A stretch of 64,000 nt of DNA. Source: Auanema rhodensis. Taxonomy: Eukaryota; Animalia; Nematoda. The notes under the pieces were generated by a model. The model was not told the DNA's origin and searched no databases. It saw nothing but the letters and a program-made list of their open reading frames with translations. The DNA lies in NCBI GenBank assembly GCA_964057225.1, contig OZ059897.1:2356001-2420000 (forward strand), read 5' to 3'. The translations under genes were made by a program, and so were the position numbers. Below, in pieces: positions 25,101-38,700 of the stretch; positions within the stretch are counted from its first letter, which is position 1, and every line of letters starts with the position of its first letter.

Positions 25101-28100
25101 AAATTATTTAGAAATTTTTCGGGAAAATTTTTGTCAAAATGTTTTTGGAAGCAATGTTGAGTGTACATGGGAACTCAACATACACTAATGCATTATTTTT
25201 CAAACGATCATAACTAATTTTTGTATAGAGCGTTTCTCAATGTAGTATAGTGCATTCGATGCGGATTTTTAAGCTGCGTTGATCTGTGTTATCAGATTTG
25301 AGTTAACTTAAAAATGCACCGAGATATCAACTGATATAGGTTCACACTTATATCCTCGATTTTCACCCTGAAGAATTAATTTTTTCGTTGAATAACATTG
25401 TCCATCGTCTTCGTCTTGAAAAAAGAAATCCAAAAACTCCTACTTTTTGTGAAATTATTTAGAAATTTTTCGGGAAAATTTTTGTCAAAATGTTTTTGGA
25501 AGCAATGTTGAGTGTACATGGGAACTCAGCATACACTAATGCATTATTTTTCAAACGATCATAACTAATTTTTGTATAGAGCGTTTCTCAATGTAGTATA
25601 GTGCATTCGATGCGGATTTTTAAGCTGCGTTGATCTGTGTTATTAGATTTCAGTTAGCTTAAAAATGCACCGAGATATCAACTGATATAGGTTCACACAT
25701 GTATCCTCGATTTTCACCCTGAAGAAATGATTTTTTCGTTGAAAAACATTGTCCATCGTATTCGTCTTGAAAAAAGGAATCTAAAAACATCTACTTTTTG
25801 TGAAATTATTTAGAAATTTTTCGGGAAAATTTTTGTCAAAATGTTTTTGGAAGCAATGTTGAGTGTACATGGGAACTCAACATACACTAATGCATTATTT
25901 TTCAAACGATCATAACTAATTTTTGTATAGAGCGTTTCTCATTGTAGTATAGTGCATTCGATGCGGATTTTTAAGCTGCGTTGATCTGTGTTATCAGATT
26001 TGAGTTAACTTAAAAATGCACCGAGATATGAACTGATATAGGTTCACACATATATCCTTGATTTTCACCCTGAAGAAATGATTTTTTCGTTGAAAAACAT
26101 TGTCCATAGTCTTCGTCTTGAAAAAAGGAATCTAAAAACATCTACTTTTTGTGAAATTATTCAGAAATTTTTCGGGAAAATTTTTGTCAAAATGTTTTTG
26201 GAAGCAATGTTGAGTGTACATGGGAACTCAACATACACTAATGCATTATTTTTCAAACGATCATAACTAATTTTTGTATAGAGCGTTTTTCAATGTAGTA
26301 TAGTGCATTCGATGCGGATTTTTAAGCTGCGTTGATCTGTGTTATCAGATTTGAGTTAGCTTAAAAATGCACCGAGATATCAACTGATATATGTTCACAC
26401 TTATATCCTCGATTTTCACCCTGAAGAATTAATTTTTTCGTTGAATAACATTGTCCATCGTCTTTGCCTTGAAAAAAGAAATCTAAAAACTCCTACTTTT
26501 TGTGAAATTATTTAGAAATTTTTCGGGAAAATTTTTGTCACAATGTTTTTGGAAGCAATGTTGAGTGTACATGGGAACTCAGCATACACTAATGCATTAT
26601 TTTTCAAACGATCATAACAAATCTTTGTATAGAGCGTTTCTGAATGTAGTATAGTGCATTCGATGCGGATTTTTAAGCTGCGTTGATCTGTGTTATCAGA
26701 TTTGAGTTAGCTTAAAAATGCACCGAGATATCAACTGATATATGTTCACACTTATATCCTCGATTTTCACCCTGAAGAAATGATTTTTTCGTTGAATGAC
26801 ATTGTCCATCGTCTTCGTCTTGAAAAAAGGAATCTAAAAACATCTACTTTTTGTGAAATTATTTAGAAATTTTTCGGGAAAATTTTTGTCAAAATGTTTT
26901 TGGAAGCAATGTTGAGTGTACATGGGAACTCAACATACACTAATGCATTATTTTTCAAACGATCATAACTAATTTTTGTATAGAGCGTTTCTCAATGTAG
27001 TATAGTGCATTCGATGCGGATTTTTAAGCTGCGTTGATCTGTGTTATCAGATTTGAGTTAACTTAAAAATGCACCGAGATATCAACTGATATAGGTTCAC
27101 ACATATATCCTCGATTTTCACCCTGAAGAAATGATTTTTTCGTTGAATAACATTGTCCATCGTCTTTGCCTTGAAAAAAGAAATCTAAAAACTCCTACTT
27201 TTTGTGAAATTATTTAGAAATTTTTCGGGAAAATTTTTGTCACAATGTTTTTGGAAGCAATGTTGAGTGTACATGGGAACTCAGCATACACTAATGCATT
27301 ATTTTTCAAACGATCATAACTAATCTTTGTATAGAGCGTTTCTCAATGTAGTATAGTGCATTCGATGCGGATTTTTAAGCTGCGTTGATCTGTGTTATCA
27401 GATTTGCGCTAGCTTAAAAATGCACCGAGATATCAACTGATATATGTTCACACTTATATCCTCGATTTTCACCCTGAAGAAATGATTTTTTCGTTGAATA
27501 ACATTGTCATTTGTCTTCGTCTTGAAAAAAGGAATCTAAAAACATCTACTTTTTGTGAAATTATTTAGAAATTTTTCGGGAAAATTTTTGTCAAAATGTT
27601 TTTGGAAGCAATGTTGAGTGTACATGGGAACTCAACATACACTAATGCATTATTTTTCAAACGATCATAACTAATTTTTGTATAGAGCGTTTCTCTTTGT
27701 AGTATAGTGCATTCGATGCGGATTTTTAAGCTGCGTTGATCTGTGTTATCAGATTTGCGCTAGCTTAAAAATGCACCGAGTAATCAACTGATATAGGTTC
27801 ACACTTATATCCTCGATTTTCACCCTGAAGAATTAATTTTTTCGTTGAATAACATTGTCCATCGTCTTTGCCTTGAAAAAAGAAATCCAAAAACTCCTAC
27901 TTTTTGTGAAATTATTTAGAAATTTTTCGGGAAAATTTTTGTCACAATGTTTTTGGAAGCAATGTTGAGTGTACATGGGAACTCAGCATACACTAATGCA
28001 TTATTTTTCAAACGATCATAACTAATTTTTGTATAGAGCGTTTCTCAATGTAGTATAGTGCATTCGATGCGGATTTTTAAGCTGCGTTGATCTGTGTTAT

Positions 28101-29099
28101 TAGATTTCAGTTAGCTTAAAAATGCACCGAGATATCAACTGATATAGGTTCACACATGTATCCTCGATTTTCACCCTGAAGAAATGATTTTTTCGTTGAA
28201 AAACATTGTCCATCGTATTCGTCTTGAAAAAAGGAATCTAAAAACATCTACTTTTTGTGAAATTATTTAGAAATTTTTCGGGAAAATTTTTGTCAAAATG
28301 TTTTTGGAAGCAATGTTGAGTGTACATGGGAACTCAACATACACTAATGCATTATTTTTCAAACGATCATAACTAATTTTTGTATAGAGCGTTTCTCATT
28401 GTAGTATAGTGCATTCGATGCGGATTTTTAAGCTGCGTTGATCTGTGTTATCAGATTTGAGTTAACTTAAAAATGCACCGAGATATGAACTGATATAGGT
28501 TCACACATATATCCTTGATTTTCACCCTGAAGAAATGATTTTTTCGTTGAAAAACATTGTCCATAGTCTTCGTCTTGAAAAAAGGAATCTAAAAACATCT
28601 ACTTTTTGTGAAATTATTCAGAAATTTTTCGGGAAAATTTTTGTCAAAATGTTTTTGGAAGCATTGTTGAGTGTACATGGGAACTCAACATACACTAATG
28701 CATTATTTTTCAAACGATCATAACTAATTTTTGTATAGAGCGTTTCTCAATGTAGTATAGTGCATTCGATGCGGATTTTTAAGCTGCGTTGATCTGTGTT
28801 ATCAGATTTGAGTTAACTTAAAAATGCACCGAGATATCAACTGATATATGTTCACACTTATATCCTCGATTTTCACCCTGAAGAAATGATTTTTTCGTTG
28901 AATAACATTGTCCATCGTCTTTGCCTTGAAAAAAGAAATCTAAAAACTCCTACTTTTTGTGAAATTATTTAGAAATTTTTCGGGAAAATTTTTGTCACAA
29001 TGTTTTTGGAAGCAATGTTGAGTGTACATGGGAACTCAACATACACTAATGCATTATTTTTCAAACGATCATAACTAATTTTTGTATAGAGCGTTTCTC

Positions 29100-32000
29100 A
29101 ATGTAGTATAGTGCATTCGATGCGGATTTTTAAGCTGCGTTGATCTGTGTTATTAGATTTCAGTTAGCTTAAAAATGCACCGAGATATCAACTGATATAG
29201 ATTCACACATGTATCCTCGATTTTCACCCTGAAGAAATGATTTTTTCGTTGAAAAACATTGTCCATCGTATTCGTCTTGAAAAAAGGAATCTAAAAACAT
29301 CTACTTTTTGTGAAATTATTTAGAAATTTTTCGGGAAAATTTTTGTCAAAATGTTTTTTTGAAGCAATGTTGAGTGTACATGGGAACTCAACATACACTA
29401 ATGCATTATTTTTCAAACGATCATAACTAATTTTTGTATAGAGCGTTTCTCATTGTAGTATAGTGCATTCGATGCGGATTTTTAAGCTGCGTTGATCTGT
29501 GTTATCAGATTTGAGTTAACTTAAAAATGCACCGAGATATGAACTGATATATGTTCACACATATATCCTTGATTTTCACCCTGAAGAAATGATTTTTTCG
29601 TTGAAAAACATTGTCCATAGTCTTCGTCTTGAAAAAAGGAATCTAAAAACATCTACTTTTTGTGAAATTATTCAGAAATTTTTCGGGAAAATTTTTGTCA
29701 AAATGTTTTTGGAAGCATTGTTGAGTGTACATGGGAACTCAACATACACTAATGCATTATTTTTCAAACGATCATAACTAATTTTTGTATAGAGCGTTTC
29801 TCAATGTAGTATAGTGCATTCGATGCGGATTTTTAAGCTGCGTTGATCTGTGTTATCAGATTTGAGTTAGCTTAAAAATGCACCGAGATATCAACTGATA
29901 TATGTTCACACTTATATCCTCGATTTTCACCCTGAAGAATTAATTTTTTCGTTGAATAACATTGTCCATCGTCTTTGCCTTGAAAAAAGAAATCTAAAAA
30001 CTCCTACTTTTTGTGAAATTATTTAGAAATTTTTCGGGAAAATTTTTGTCACAATGTTTTTGGAAGCAATGTTGAGTGTACATGGGAACTCAGCATACAC
30101 TAATGCATTATTTTTCAAACGATCATAACTAATCTTTGTATAGAGCGTTTTTTAATGTAGTATAGTGCATTCGATGCGGATTTTTAAGCTGCGTTGATCT
30201 GTGTTATCAGATTTGAGTTGGCTGAAAAATGCACCGAGATATCAACTGATATATGTTCACACTTATATCCTCGATTTTCACCCTGAAGAAATGATTTTTT
30301 CGTTGAATAACATTGTCCATCGTCTTCGTCTTGAAAAAAGGAATCTAAAAACATCTACTTTTTGTGAAATTATTTAGAAATTTTTCGGGAAAATTTTTGT
30401 CAAAATGTTTTTGGAAGCAATGTTGAGTGTACATGGGCACTCAACATACACTAATGCATTATTTTTCAAACGATCATAACTAATTTTTGTATAGAGCGTT
30501 TCTCAATGTAGTATAGTGCATTCGATGCGGATTTTTAAGCTGCGTTGATCTGTGTTATCAGATTTGAGTTAACTTAAAAATGCACCGAGATATCAACTGA
30601 TATATGTTCACACTTATATCCTCGATTTTCACCCTGAAGAAATGATTTTTTCGTTGAAAAACATTGTCCATCGTATTCGTTTTGAAAAAAGAAATCTAAA
30701 AACATCTACTTTTTGTGAAATTATTTAGAAATTTTTCGGGAAAATTTTTGTCAAAATGTTTTTGGAAGCAATGTTGAGTGTACATGGGAACTCAACATAC
30801 ACTAATGCATTATTTTTCAAACGATCATAACTAATTTTTGTATAGAGCGTTTCTCAATGTAGTATAGTGCATTCGATGCGGATTTTCAAGCTGCGTTGAT
30901 CTGTGTTATCAGATTTGAGTTAACTTGAAAATGCACCGAGATATCAACTGATATAGGTTCACACTTGTATCCTCGATTTTCACCCTGGAGAAATGATTTT
31001 TTCGTTGAAAAACATTGTCCATCGTATTCGTCTTGAAAAAAGGAATCTAAAAACATCTACTTTTTGTGAAATTATTTAGAAATTTTTCGGGAAAATTTTT
31101 GTCAAAATGTTTTTGGAAGCAATGTTGAGTGTACATGGGAACTCAACATACACTAATGCATTATTTTTCAAACGATCATAACTAATTTTTGTATAGAGCG
31201 TTTCTCAATGTAGTATAGTGCATTCGATGCGGATTTTTAAGCTGCGTTGATCTGTGTTATTAGATTTCAGTTAGCTTAAAAATGCACCGAGATATCAACT
31301 GATATAGATTCACACATGTATCCTCGATTTTCACCCTGAAGAAATGATTTTTTCGTTGAAAAACATTGTCCATCGTATTCGTCTTGAAAAAAGGAATCTA
31401 AAAACATCTACTTTTTGTGAAATTATTTAGAAATTTTTCGGGAAAATTTTTGTCAAAATGTTTTTTTGAAGCAATGTTGAGTGTACATGGGAACTCAACA
31501 TACACTAATGCATTATTTTTCAAACGATCATAACTAATTTTTGTATAGAGCGTTTCTCATTGTAGTATAGTGCATTCGATGCGGATTTTTAAGCTGCGTT
31601 GATCTGTGTTATCAGATTTGAGTTAACTTAAAAATGCACCGAGATATGAACTGATATAGGTTCACACATATATCCTTGATTTTCACCCTGAAGAAATGAT
31701 TTTTTCGTTGAAAAACATTGTCCATAGTCTTCGTCTTGAAAAAAGGAATCTAAAAACATCTACTTTTTGTGAAATTATTCAGAAATTTTTCGGGAAAATT
31801 TTTGTCAAAATGTTTTTGGAAGCATTGTTGAGTGTACATGGGAACTCAACATACACTAATGCATTATTTTTCAAACGATCATAACTAATTTTTGTATAGA
31901 GCGTTTCTCAATGTAGTATAGTGCATTCGATGCGGATTTTTAAGCTGCGTTGATCTGTGTTATCAGATTTGAGTTAGCTTAAAAATGCACCGAGATATCA

Positions 32001-32950
32001 ACTGATATATGTTCACACTTATATCCTCGATTTTCACCCTGAAGAATTAATTTTTTCGTTGAATAACATTGTCCATCGTCTTTGCCTTGAAAAAAGAAAT
32101 CTAAAAACTCCTACTTTTTGTGAAATTATTTAGAAATTTTTCGGGAAAATTTTTGTCACAATGTTTTTGGAAGCAATGTTGAGTGTACATGGGAACTCAG
32201 CATACACTAATGCATTATTTTTCAAACGATCATAACTAATCTTTGTATAGAGCGTTTTTTAATGTAGTATAGTGCATTCGATGCGGATTTTTAAGCTGCG
32301 TTGATCTGTGTTATCAGATTTGAGTTAACTTAAAAATGCACCGAGATATCAACTGATATATGTTCACACTTATATCCTCGATTTTCACCCTGAAGAAATG
32401 ATTTTTTCGTTGAAAAACATTGTCCATCGTATTCGTTTTGAAAAAAGAAATCTAAAAACATCTACTTTTTGTGAAATTATTTAGAAATTTTTCGGGAAAA
32501 TTTTTGTCAAAATGTTTTTGGAAGCAATGTTGAGTGTACATGGGAACTCAACATACACTAATGCATTATTTTTCAAACGATCATAACTAATTTTTGTATA
32601 GAGCGTTTCTCAATGTAGTATAGTGCATTCGATGCGGATTTTCAAGCTGCGTTGATCTGTGTTATCAGATTTGAGTTAACTTGAAAATGCACCGAGATAT
32701 CAACTGATATAGGTTCACACTTGTATCCTCGATTTTCACCCTGGAGAAATGATTTTTTCGTTGAAAAACATTGTCCATCGTATTCGTCTTGAAAAAAGGA
32801 ATCTAAAAACATCTACTTTTTGTGAAATTATTTAGAAATTTTTCGGGAAAATTTTTGTCAAAATGTTTTTGGAAGCAATGTTGAGTGTACATGGGAACTC
32901 AACATACACTAATGCATTATTTTTCAAACGATCATAACTAATTTTTGTAT
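29100..32950. repeat. Tandem duplication with 6-monomer (2107-bp) offset; second copy lacks 1 monomer
   Basis: tagAttcac ~29200/31307, the 7-T insertion ~29354/31461 and ORF 29589/31696 repeat at +2107. cctgGag at ~30986/32742 then has offset 1756 (5 monomers). Confidence 0.8.
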
Positions 32951-33351
32951 AGAGCGTTTCTCATTGTAGTATAGTGCATTCGATGCGGATTTTTAAGCTG
33001 CGTTGATCTGTGTTATCAGATTTGAGTTAACTTAAAAATGCACCGAGATATCAACTGATATAGGTTCACACATATATCCTCGATTTTCACCCTGAAGAAA
33101 TGATTTTTTCGTTGAAAAACATTGTCCATCGTCTTCGTCTTGAAAAAAGGAATCTAAAAACATCTACTTTTTGTGAAATTATTCAGAAATTTTTCGGGAA
33201 AATTTTTGTCAAAATGTTTTTGGAAGCAATGTTGAGTGTACATGGGAACTCAACATACACTAATGCATTATTTTTCAAACGATCATAACTAATTTTTGTA
33301 TAGAGCGTTTCTCAATGTAGTATAGTGCATTCGATGCGGATTTTTAAGCTG

Positions 33352-34053
33352 CGTTGATCTGTGTTATCAGATTTGAGTTAGCTTAAAAATGCACCGAGAT
33401 ATCAACTGATATAAGTTCACACTTATATCCTCGATTTTCACCCTGAAGAAATAATTTTTTCGTTGAATAACATTGTCCATCGTCTTTGCCTTAAAAAAAG
33501 GAATCTAAAAACATCTACGTTTTGATAAATTATTTTAAAATTTTTCGAAAAAATTTTTGTCAAAATGTTTTTGGAAGCAATGTTGAGTGTACATGGAAAC
33601 TCAACATACACTAATGCATCATTTTTCAAACGATCATAACTAATATTTGTATTAAGCGTTTCTCAATGTAGTATAGTGCATTCGATGCGGATTTTTAAGC
33701 TGCGTCGATCTGTGTTATCAGATTTGCGCTAGCTTAAAAATGCACCGAGATATCAACTGATATAAGTTCACACTTATATCCTCGATTTTCACCCTGAAGA
33801 ATTAATTTTTTCAATGAATAACATTGTCCATCGTCTTTGCCTTGAAAAAAGGAATCTAAAAACATCTACTTTTTGCTAAATTATTTTGAAATTTTTCGAA
33901 AAAATTTTTGTCAAAATGTTTTTGGAAGCAATGTTGAGTGTACATGGAAACTCAACATACACTAATGCATCATTTTTCAAACGATCATAACTAATTTTTG
34001 TATAGAGCGTTTTTTAATGTAGTATAGTGCATTCGATGCGGATTTTTAAGCTG
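33352..34053. repeat. Two divergent monomers of a distinct sub-lineage
   Basis: Shared rare variants ataAgttcac, ttcgAAaaa, catggAaac and gcatCatt, plus others. About 15 differences from the usual alleles in the first monomer. Confidence 0.92.
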
Positions 34054-35749
34054 CGTTGATCTGTGTTATCAGATTTGAGTTAGCTGAAAAATGCACCGAG
34101 ATATCAACTGATATATGTTCACACTTATATCCTCGATTTTCACCCTGAAGAAATGATTTTTTCGTTGAATAACATTGTCCATCGTCTTCGTCTTGAAAAA
34201 AGGAATCTAAAAACATCTACTTTTTGTGAAATTATTTAGAAATTTTTCGGGAAAATTTTTGTCAAAATGTTTTTGGAAGCAATGTTGAGTGTACATGGGC
34301 ACTCAACATACACTAATGCATTATTTTTCAAACGATCATAACTAATTTTTGTATAGAGCGTTTCTCAATGTAGTATAGTGCATTCGATGCGGATTTTTAA
34401 GCTGCGTTGATCTGTGTTATCAGATTTGAGTTAACTTAAAAATGCACCGAGATATCAACTGATATATGTTCACACTTATATCCTCGATTTTCACCCTGAA
34501 GAAATGATTTTTTCGTTGAAAAACATTGTCCATCGTATTCGTTTTGAAAAAAGAAATCTAAAAACATCTACTTTTTGTGAAATTATTTAGAAATTTTTCG
34601 GGAAAATTTTTGTCAAAATGTTTTTGGAAGCAATGTTGAGTGTACATGGGAACTCAACATACACTAATGCATTATTTTTCAAACGATCATAACTAATTTT
34701 TGTATAGAGCGTTTCTCATTGTAGTATAGTGCATTCGATGCGGATTTTCAAGCTGCGTTGATCTGTGTTATCAGATTTGAGTTAACTTGAAAATGCACCG
34801 AGATATCAACTGATATAGGTTCACACTTGTATCCTCGATTTTCACCCTGAAGAAATGATTTTTTCGTTGAAAAACATTGTCCATCGTATTCGTCTTGAAA
34901 AAAGGAATCTAAAAACATCTACTTTTTGTGAAATTATTTAGAAATTTTTCGGGAAAATTTTTGTCAAAATGTTTTTGGAAGCAATGTTGAGTGTACATGG
35001 GAACTCAACATACACTAATGCATTATTTTTCAAACGATCATAACTAATTTTTGTATAGAGCGTTTCTCATTGTAGTATAGTGCATTCGATGCGGATTTTT
35101 AAGCTGCGTTGATCTGTGTTATCAGATTTGAGTTAACTTAAAAATGCACCGAGATATCAACTGATATAGGTTCACACATATATCCTCGATTTTCACCCTG
35201 AAGAAATGATTTTTTCGTTGAAAAACATTGTCCATCGTCTTCGTCTTGAAAAAAGGAATCTAAAAACATCTACTTTTTGTGAAATTATTCAGAAATTTTT
35301 CGGGAAAATTTTTGTCAAAATGTTTTTGGAAGCAATGTTGAGTGTACATGGGAACTCAACATACACTAATGCATTATTTTTCAAACGATCATAACTAATT
35401 TTTGTATAGAGCGTTTCTCAATGTAGTATAGTGCATTCGATGCGGATTTTTAAGCTGCGTTGATCTGTGTTATCAGATTTGAGTTAGCTTAAAAATGCAC
35501 CGAGTAATCAACTGATATAGGTTCACACTTATATCCTCGATTTTCACCCTGAAGAATTAATTTTTTCGTTGAATAACATTGTCCATCGTCTTTGCCTTGA
35601 AAAAAGAAATCCAAAAACTCCTACTTTTTGTGAAATTATTTAGAAATTTTTCGGGAAAATTTTTGTCAAAATGTTTTTGGAAGCAATGTTGAGTGTACAT
35701 GGGAACTCAACATACACTAATGCATTATTTTTCAAACGATCATAACTAA

Positions 35750-38700
35750 TTTTTGTATAGAGCGTTTCTCAATGTAGTATAGTGCATTCGATGCGGATTT
35801 TTAAGCTGCGTTGATCTGTGTTATCAGATTTGAGTTAGCTTAAAAATGCACCGAGTAATCAACTGATATAGGTTCACACTTATATCCTCGATTTTCACCC
35901 TGAAGAATTAATTTTTTCGTTGAATAACATTGTCCATCGTCTTTGCCTTGAAAAAAGAAATCCAAAAACTCCTACTTTTTGTGAAATTATTTAGAAATTT
36001 TTCGGGAAAATTTTTGTCAAAATGTTTTTGGAAGCAATGTTGAGTGTACATGGGAACTCAACATACACTAATGCATTATTTTTCAAACGATCATAACTAA
36101 TTTTTGTATAGAGCGTTTCTCAATGTAGTATAGTGCATTCGATGCGGATTTTTAAGCTGCGTTGATCTGTGTTATCAGATTTGAGTTAACTTAAAAATGC
36201 ACCGAGTAATCAACTGATATAGGTTCACACTTATATCCTCGATTTTCACCCTGAAGAATTAATTTTTTCGTTGAATAACATTGTCCATCGTCTTTGCCTT
36301 GAAAAAAGAAATCCAAAAACTCCTACTTTTTGTGAAATTATTTAGAAATTTTTCGGGAAAATTTTTGTCACAATGTTTTTGGAAGCAATGTTGAGTGTAC
36401 ATGGGAACTCAGCATACACTAATGCATTATTTTTCAAACGATCATAACTAATTTTTGTATAGAGCGTTTCTCAATGTAGTATAGTGCATTCGATGCGGAT
36501 TTTTAAGCTGCGTTGATCTGTGTTATTAGATTTCAGTTAGCTTAAAAATGCACCGAGATATCAACTGATATAGGTTCACACATGTATCCTCGATTTTCAC
36601 CCTGAAGAATTAATTTTTTCGTTGAATAACATTGTCCATCGTCTTTGCCTTGAAAAAAGAAATCCAAAAACTCCTACTTTTTGTGAAATTATTTAGAAAT
36701 TTTTCGGGAAAATTTTTGTCACAATGTTTTTGGAAGCAATGTTGAGTGTACATGGGAACTCAGCATACACTAATGCATTATTTTTCAAACGATCATAACT
36801 AATTTTTGTATAGAGCGTTTCTCAATGTAGTATAGTGCATTCGATGCGGATTTTTAAGCTGCGTTGATCTGTGTTATTAGATTTCAGTTAGCTTAAAAAT
36901 GCACCGAGATATCAACTGATATAGGTTCACACATGTATCCTCGATTTTCACCCTGAAGAAATGATTTTTTCGTTGAAAAACATTGTCCATCGTATTCGTC
37001 TTGAAAAAAGGAATCTAAAAACATCTACTTTTTGTGAAATTATTTAGAAATTTTTCGGGAAAATTTTTGTCAAAATGTTTTTGGAAGCAATGTTGAGTGT
37101 ACATGGGAACTCAACATACACTAATGCATTATTTTTCAAACGATCATAACTAATTTTTGTATAGAGCGTTTCTCAATGTAGTATAGTGCATTCGATGCGG
37201 ATTTTTAAGCTGCGTTGATCTGTGTTATCAGATTTGAGTTAGCTTAAAAATGCACCGAGTAATCAACTGATATAGGTTCACACTTATATCCTCGATTTTC
37301 ACCCTGAAGAATTAATTTTTTCGTTGAATAACATTGTCCATCGTCTTTGCCTTGAAGAAAGAAATCCAAAAACTCCTACTTTTTGTGAAATTATTTAGAA
37401 ATTTTTCGGGAAAATTTTTGTCAAAATGTTTTTGGAAGCAATGTTGAGTGTACATGGGAACTCAACATACACTAATGCATTATTTTTCAAACGATCATAA
37501 CTAATTTTTGTATAGAGCGTTTCTCAATGTAGTATAGTGCATTCGATGCGGATTTTTAAGCTGCGTTGATCTGTGTTATCAGATTTGAGTTAACTTAAAA
37601 ATGCACCGAGTAATCAACTGATATAGGTTCACACATATATCCTCGATTTTCACCCTGAAGAAATGATTTTTTCGTTGAAAAACATTGTCCATCGTCTTCG
37701 TCTTGAAAAAAGGAATCTAAAAACATCTACTTTTTGTGAAATTATTCAGAAATTTTTCGGGAAAATTTTTGTCAAAATGTTTTTGGAAGCAATGTTGAGT
37801 GTACATGGGAACTCAACATACACTAATGCATTATTTTTCAAACGATCATAACTAATTTTTGTATAGAGCGTTTCTCAATGTAGTATAGTGCATTCGATGC
37901 GGATTTTTAAGCTGCGTTGATCTGTGTTATCAGATTTGAGTTAGCTTAAAAATGCACCGAGTAATCAACTGATATAGGTTCACACTTATATCCTCGATTT
38001 TCACCCTGAAGAATTAATTTTTTCGTTGAATAACATTGTCCATCGTCTTTGCCTTGAAAAAAGAAATCCAAAAACTCCTACTTTTTGTGAAATTATTTAG
38101 AAATTTTTCGGGAAAATTTTTGTCAAAATGTTTTTGGAAGCAATGTTGAGTGTACATGGGAACTCAACATACACTAATGCATTATTTTTCAAACGATCAT
38201 AACTAATTTTTGTATAGAGCGTTTCTCAATGTAGTATAGTGCATTCGATGCGGATTTTTAAGCTGCGTTGATCTGTGTTATTAGATTTCAGTTAGCTTAA
38301 AAATGCACCGAGATATCAACTGATATAGGTTCACACATGTATCCTCGATTTTCACCCTGAAGAAATGATTTTTTCGTTGAAAAACATTGTCCATCGTATT
38401 CGTCTTGAAAAAAGGAATCTAAAAACATCTACTTTTTGTGAAATTATTTAGAAATTTTTCGGGAAAATTTTTGTCAAAATGTTTTTGGAAGCAATGTTGA
38501 GTGTACATGGGAACTCAACATACACTAATGCATTATTTTTCAAACGATCATAACTAATTTTTGTATAGAGCGTTTCTCATTGTAGTATAGTGCATTCGAT
38601 GCGGATTTTTAAGCTGCGTTGATCTGTGTTATCAGATTTGAGTTAACTTAAAAATGCACCGAGATATGAACTGATATAGGTTCACACATATATCCTTGAT

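Noticed and set aside
14482-33629. Three minus-strand 63-68-aa ORFs (14482, 18328, 33438)
   Set aside because: They begin at TTG rather than ATG and arise only where rare SNPs remove a stop. Two of them are copies from the 11-mer duplication.
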